Below, in pieces: positions 61,725 to 64,000 of a DNA stretch of 64,000 nucleotides. How positions within the stretch are numbered: the stretch's first letter is position 1; every line of letters starts with the position of its first letter. Origin of the DNA: Felis catus (lineage: Eukaryota); assembly GCF_018350175.1 (NCBI RefSeq), contig NC_058368.1:59708001-59772000 (forward strand). Reading direction: 5' to 3'. A program made the position numbers and the translations under genes. The notes beneath the pieces are model-generated. The model was not told where the DNA came from. It saw only the letters and a list, made by a program, of their open reading frames with translations, and searched no databases.

Positions 61725-64000
61725 TTGTCTGCATTACTTGCAATGTTTATGTTAGGAATGATCTTTTTTTTTTTTAGAAATGCCTGGAAAATTGAATTTT
61801 TGCTTGTATAGAACTTATTGGTAACAAGTTCATTACTAACTAAGTTTAAGCTAAAAATATTAGAGATATACTAGGATCATTTCATAACGAATGGAATTTT
61901 GACTTCATGCGTTATGCTATTTATTTCCTTTTATCCTAATGACCAACATAATTAATTAGTTACTTGCTACTTAGGAACCTCATTACTATTTAGAATGCTC
62001 ATCACTATTTATGTATTAAAAACTACATTATCACTAATTACTGTCAATCCCTACTGATAGTAACCCCTTGGCAATTAACTGACAAAGTAAAAATCAATAC
62101 TACAAAATCAGTTAGTATTTAATTGCCAAAAATACCAAATATCAAAATATCACTTCAAAATACATAATGGATGAAACTACCTTGACTTCAAAAAGGAACT
62201 TAGCTACTATTTTGCAGGAGACATAGGGAAATGGTTGTAATCTGTAGCTAAATATACTCCCTTTATCTCTTTCCACTCATATGCAGTTGTGTTGACAGTC
62301 TCCCCAACGGAAGATGTTCTTATTTAGTGCTTATTGTGTATTCACCACTAAGAAGAATTAGCTTTGTTTCAGAACTTAGAAACTAATCAGGATACTACAG
62401 TGAGCGAGGGGAGGATTGGGGGACATGGGAATTGGTCCCACAGTAAACTTTCAAGTCCACATTTCTATTTGTCCTGCTTAGACAATGAAATAAACTGTGC
62501 CTTTTACTTACCGGCTTGGACTATATATTGCAATCTTGTTTAAATAGATTTCTACCTCTTCTCTATGTAAATTCATGCACTGTGTGCATGTCTGGTACTC
62601 TGATTCTCCAGAAAATGGTTTCACTTCTGCTCTACTCATATCTTCCTCGATTTCTTCTATTATTAGTAAGATTTTTAGAGGTAGTCTGCTTGCAGATTTA
62701 AATACAGTTTCAAATGTTATTATTTATGGGCTCAGCTACTGCTGAAACACAAATTATGTAGCATTAATTTTCAGTGCAAAATCTCCTTTGTTATCTATCT
62801 AGATATTTGTACCCTGAATTATAAACTGGGTGAAAAACAACTTGAGTGAGTGTCCCTTGAATCTTGCTCCATTCACTGGTAATTAATATGCCTGCCTATT
62901 TCTGCTCTAGTCATTGGCTTCAAATAAATCTTTTCTCTGACCTCTAAGTAGTAGAAGGAAATATCTGTCTTTTCTTTCCCAACCACCCTGGTCAAAATAA
63001 AGGATTCCAAGAAAAAAAAAGTTATAATGATATATTTTTTTTTGATATGGTCTTTGAACTTACTACTTTTTCAAAAAATTCTAATTACCCATTTCAAGCA
63101 ATAAGATAAAGGGGCAATGCAATTGTATTTACCGGGTTGAAACAGAAACACACATTTTCATTTTAGTTAAATGAGAAGAAAAGTTAATCTTCACACCTCT
63201 AAATCCTCTGTGATATGCTGAGAGTTATACTTACACAATGCAAACACAAACAAAGGAAGTTGAAAATTTTGGTCATAAAGGTTGTCAATCTTCATGATGA
63301 TTTCAAAAATTGTTTTTGAAAAATAAATATAAAGGTAATCAAATACGCTCTCCAAAGCTATTTGTAGTTTTATATTCTGATAGTCTAGTAGAACTGTTTA
63401 AATAAAATTAATTCTTGGAAAATTAAACTCAGTCTAGTACCAGATAACCAACTGTAGTTACTTTATTTCAATTACTTCAACATAAACTTATAAATTCATT
63501 CTAAATCAAAAGAGGTTATGAAATGTTGGGTTAATGTTTAACTAAAATGTTTAATAATACATGATATTTTATTTGCAGTTATAATTGTTTAGAGTTCATA
63601 TTTGGTCTCTTTCATACATATACTTCAAATTATACCTAAATATCTTTCACATTATATATAAAATATATAATATTTGGATTTTTATATATATAATTTTTGA
63701 ATGTCTTTTGACATTTTTGAAATGTTAAACACTTAAATAATGGTTTGTTTTGTTTACCAGTCCTGTACATCTTGTATATAAGACATATTGCCTTATAACA
63801 GACATGATCTTTTATTTCAAAAAATATTCATGTATCTGTTAATATATTTTTAAAATGTTTGTATATTCATAATTCAAATTGGCAATCAGTTTGACTCAGA
63901 ATATTTATAAAAATAGAGCAATATAGTTATTAGTTTTTTATTTACTCTCCAAATCATTAATATGTTTCTCACAAAACTTAAAATATTCTCAGTATTGCAC

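Noticed and set aside
63650..63700. AT-rich imperfect palindrome (also near 15470-15550)
   Set aside because: Low-complexity (TA)n sequence is self-complementary by chance.
1..64000. A novel multi-gene biological system
   Set aside because: Apart from L1 ORF1/ORF2 there is no credible intact coding sequence. The structure I can read is explained by known transposon classes, one retrocopy and simple repeats.

Overview
AT-rich mammalian DNA from a felid (cat family), judged by about 20 SINEC_Fc-type CAN-SINEs and a carnivore L1. I recognise no functional host protein-coding exon, so the window reads as intergenic or deep intronic. The main feature is a full-length LINE-1 on the + strand (21410-27327, ~5.9 kb). 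It has a perfect 15-bp target-site duplication (TSD), a CpG-rich 5'UTR starting at a YY1 site, an intact ORF1 (297 aa), an intact ORF2 (1273 aa; EN, RT and CCHC motifs) and a poly(A) tail, so it is a candidate retrotransposition-competent element. A full-length but disabled RPS6 processed pseudogene lies on the - strand (51344-52158). The rest is old L1, L2, MIR, MaLR/ERV LTR and hAT fragments plus microsatellites; their subfamily names come from recalled consensus motifs and need RepeatMasker/Dfam confirmation. Smaller oddities are a ~41-bp micro-L1 insertion, two SINEs inserted head-to-head at one TTT/AAAA site, a 16-bp-stem fold-back hairpin, and a (GA)n repeat born inside the RPS6 retrocopy. 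I found no evidence of a new multi-gene biological system. Nearly all other ORFs in the track are repeat-derived or chance.
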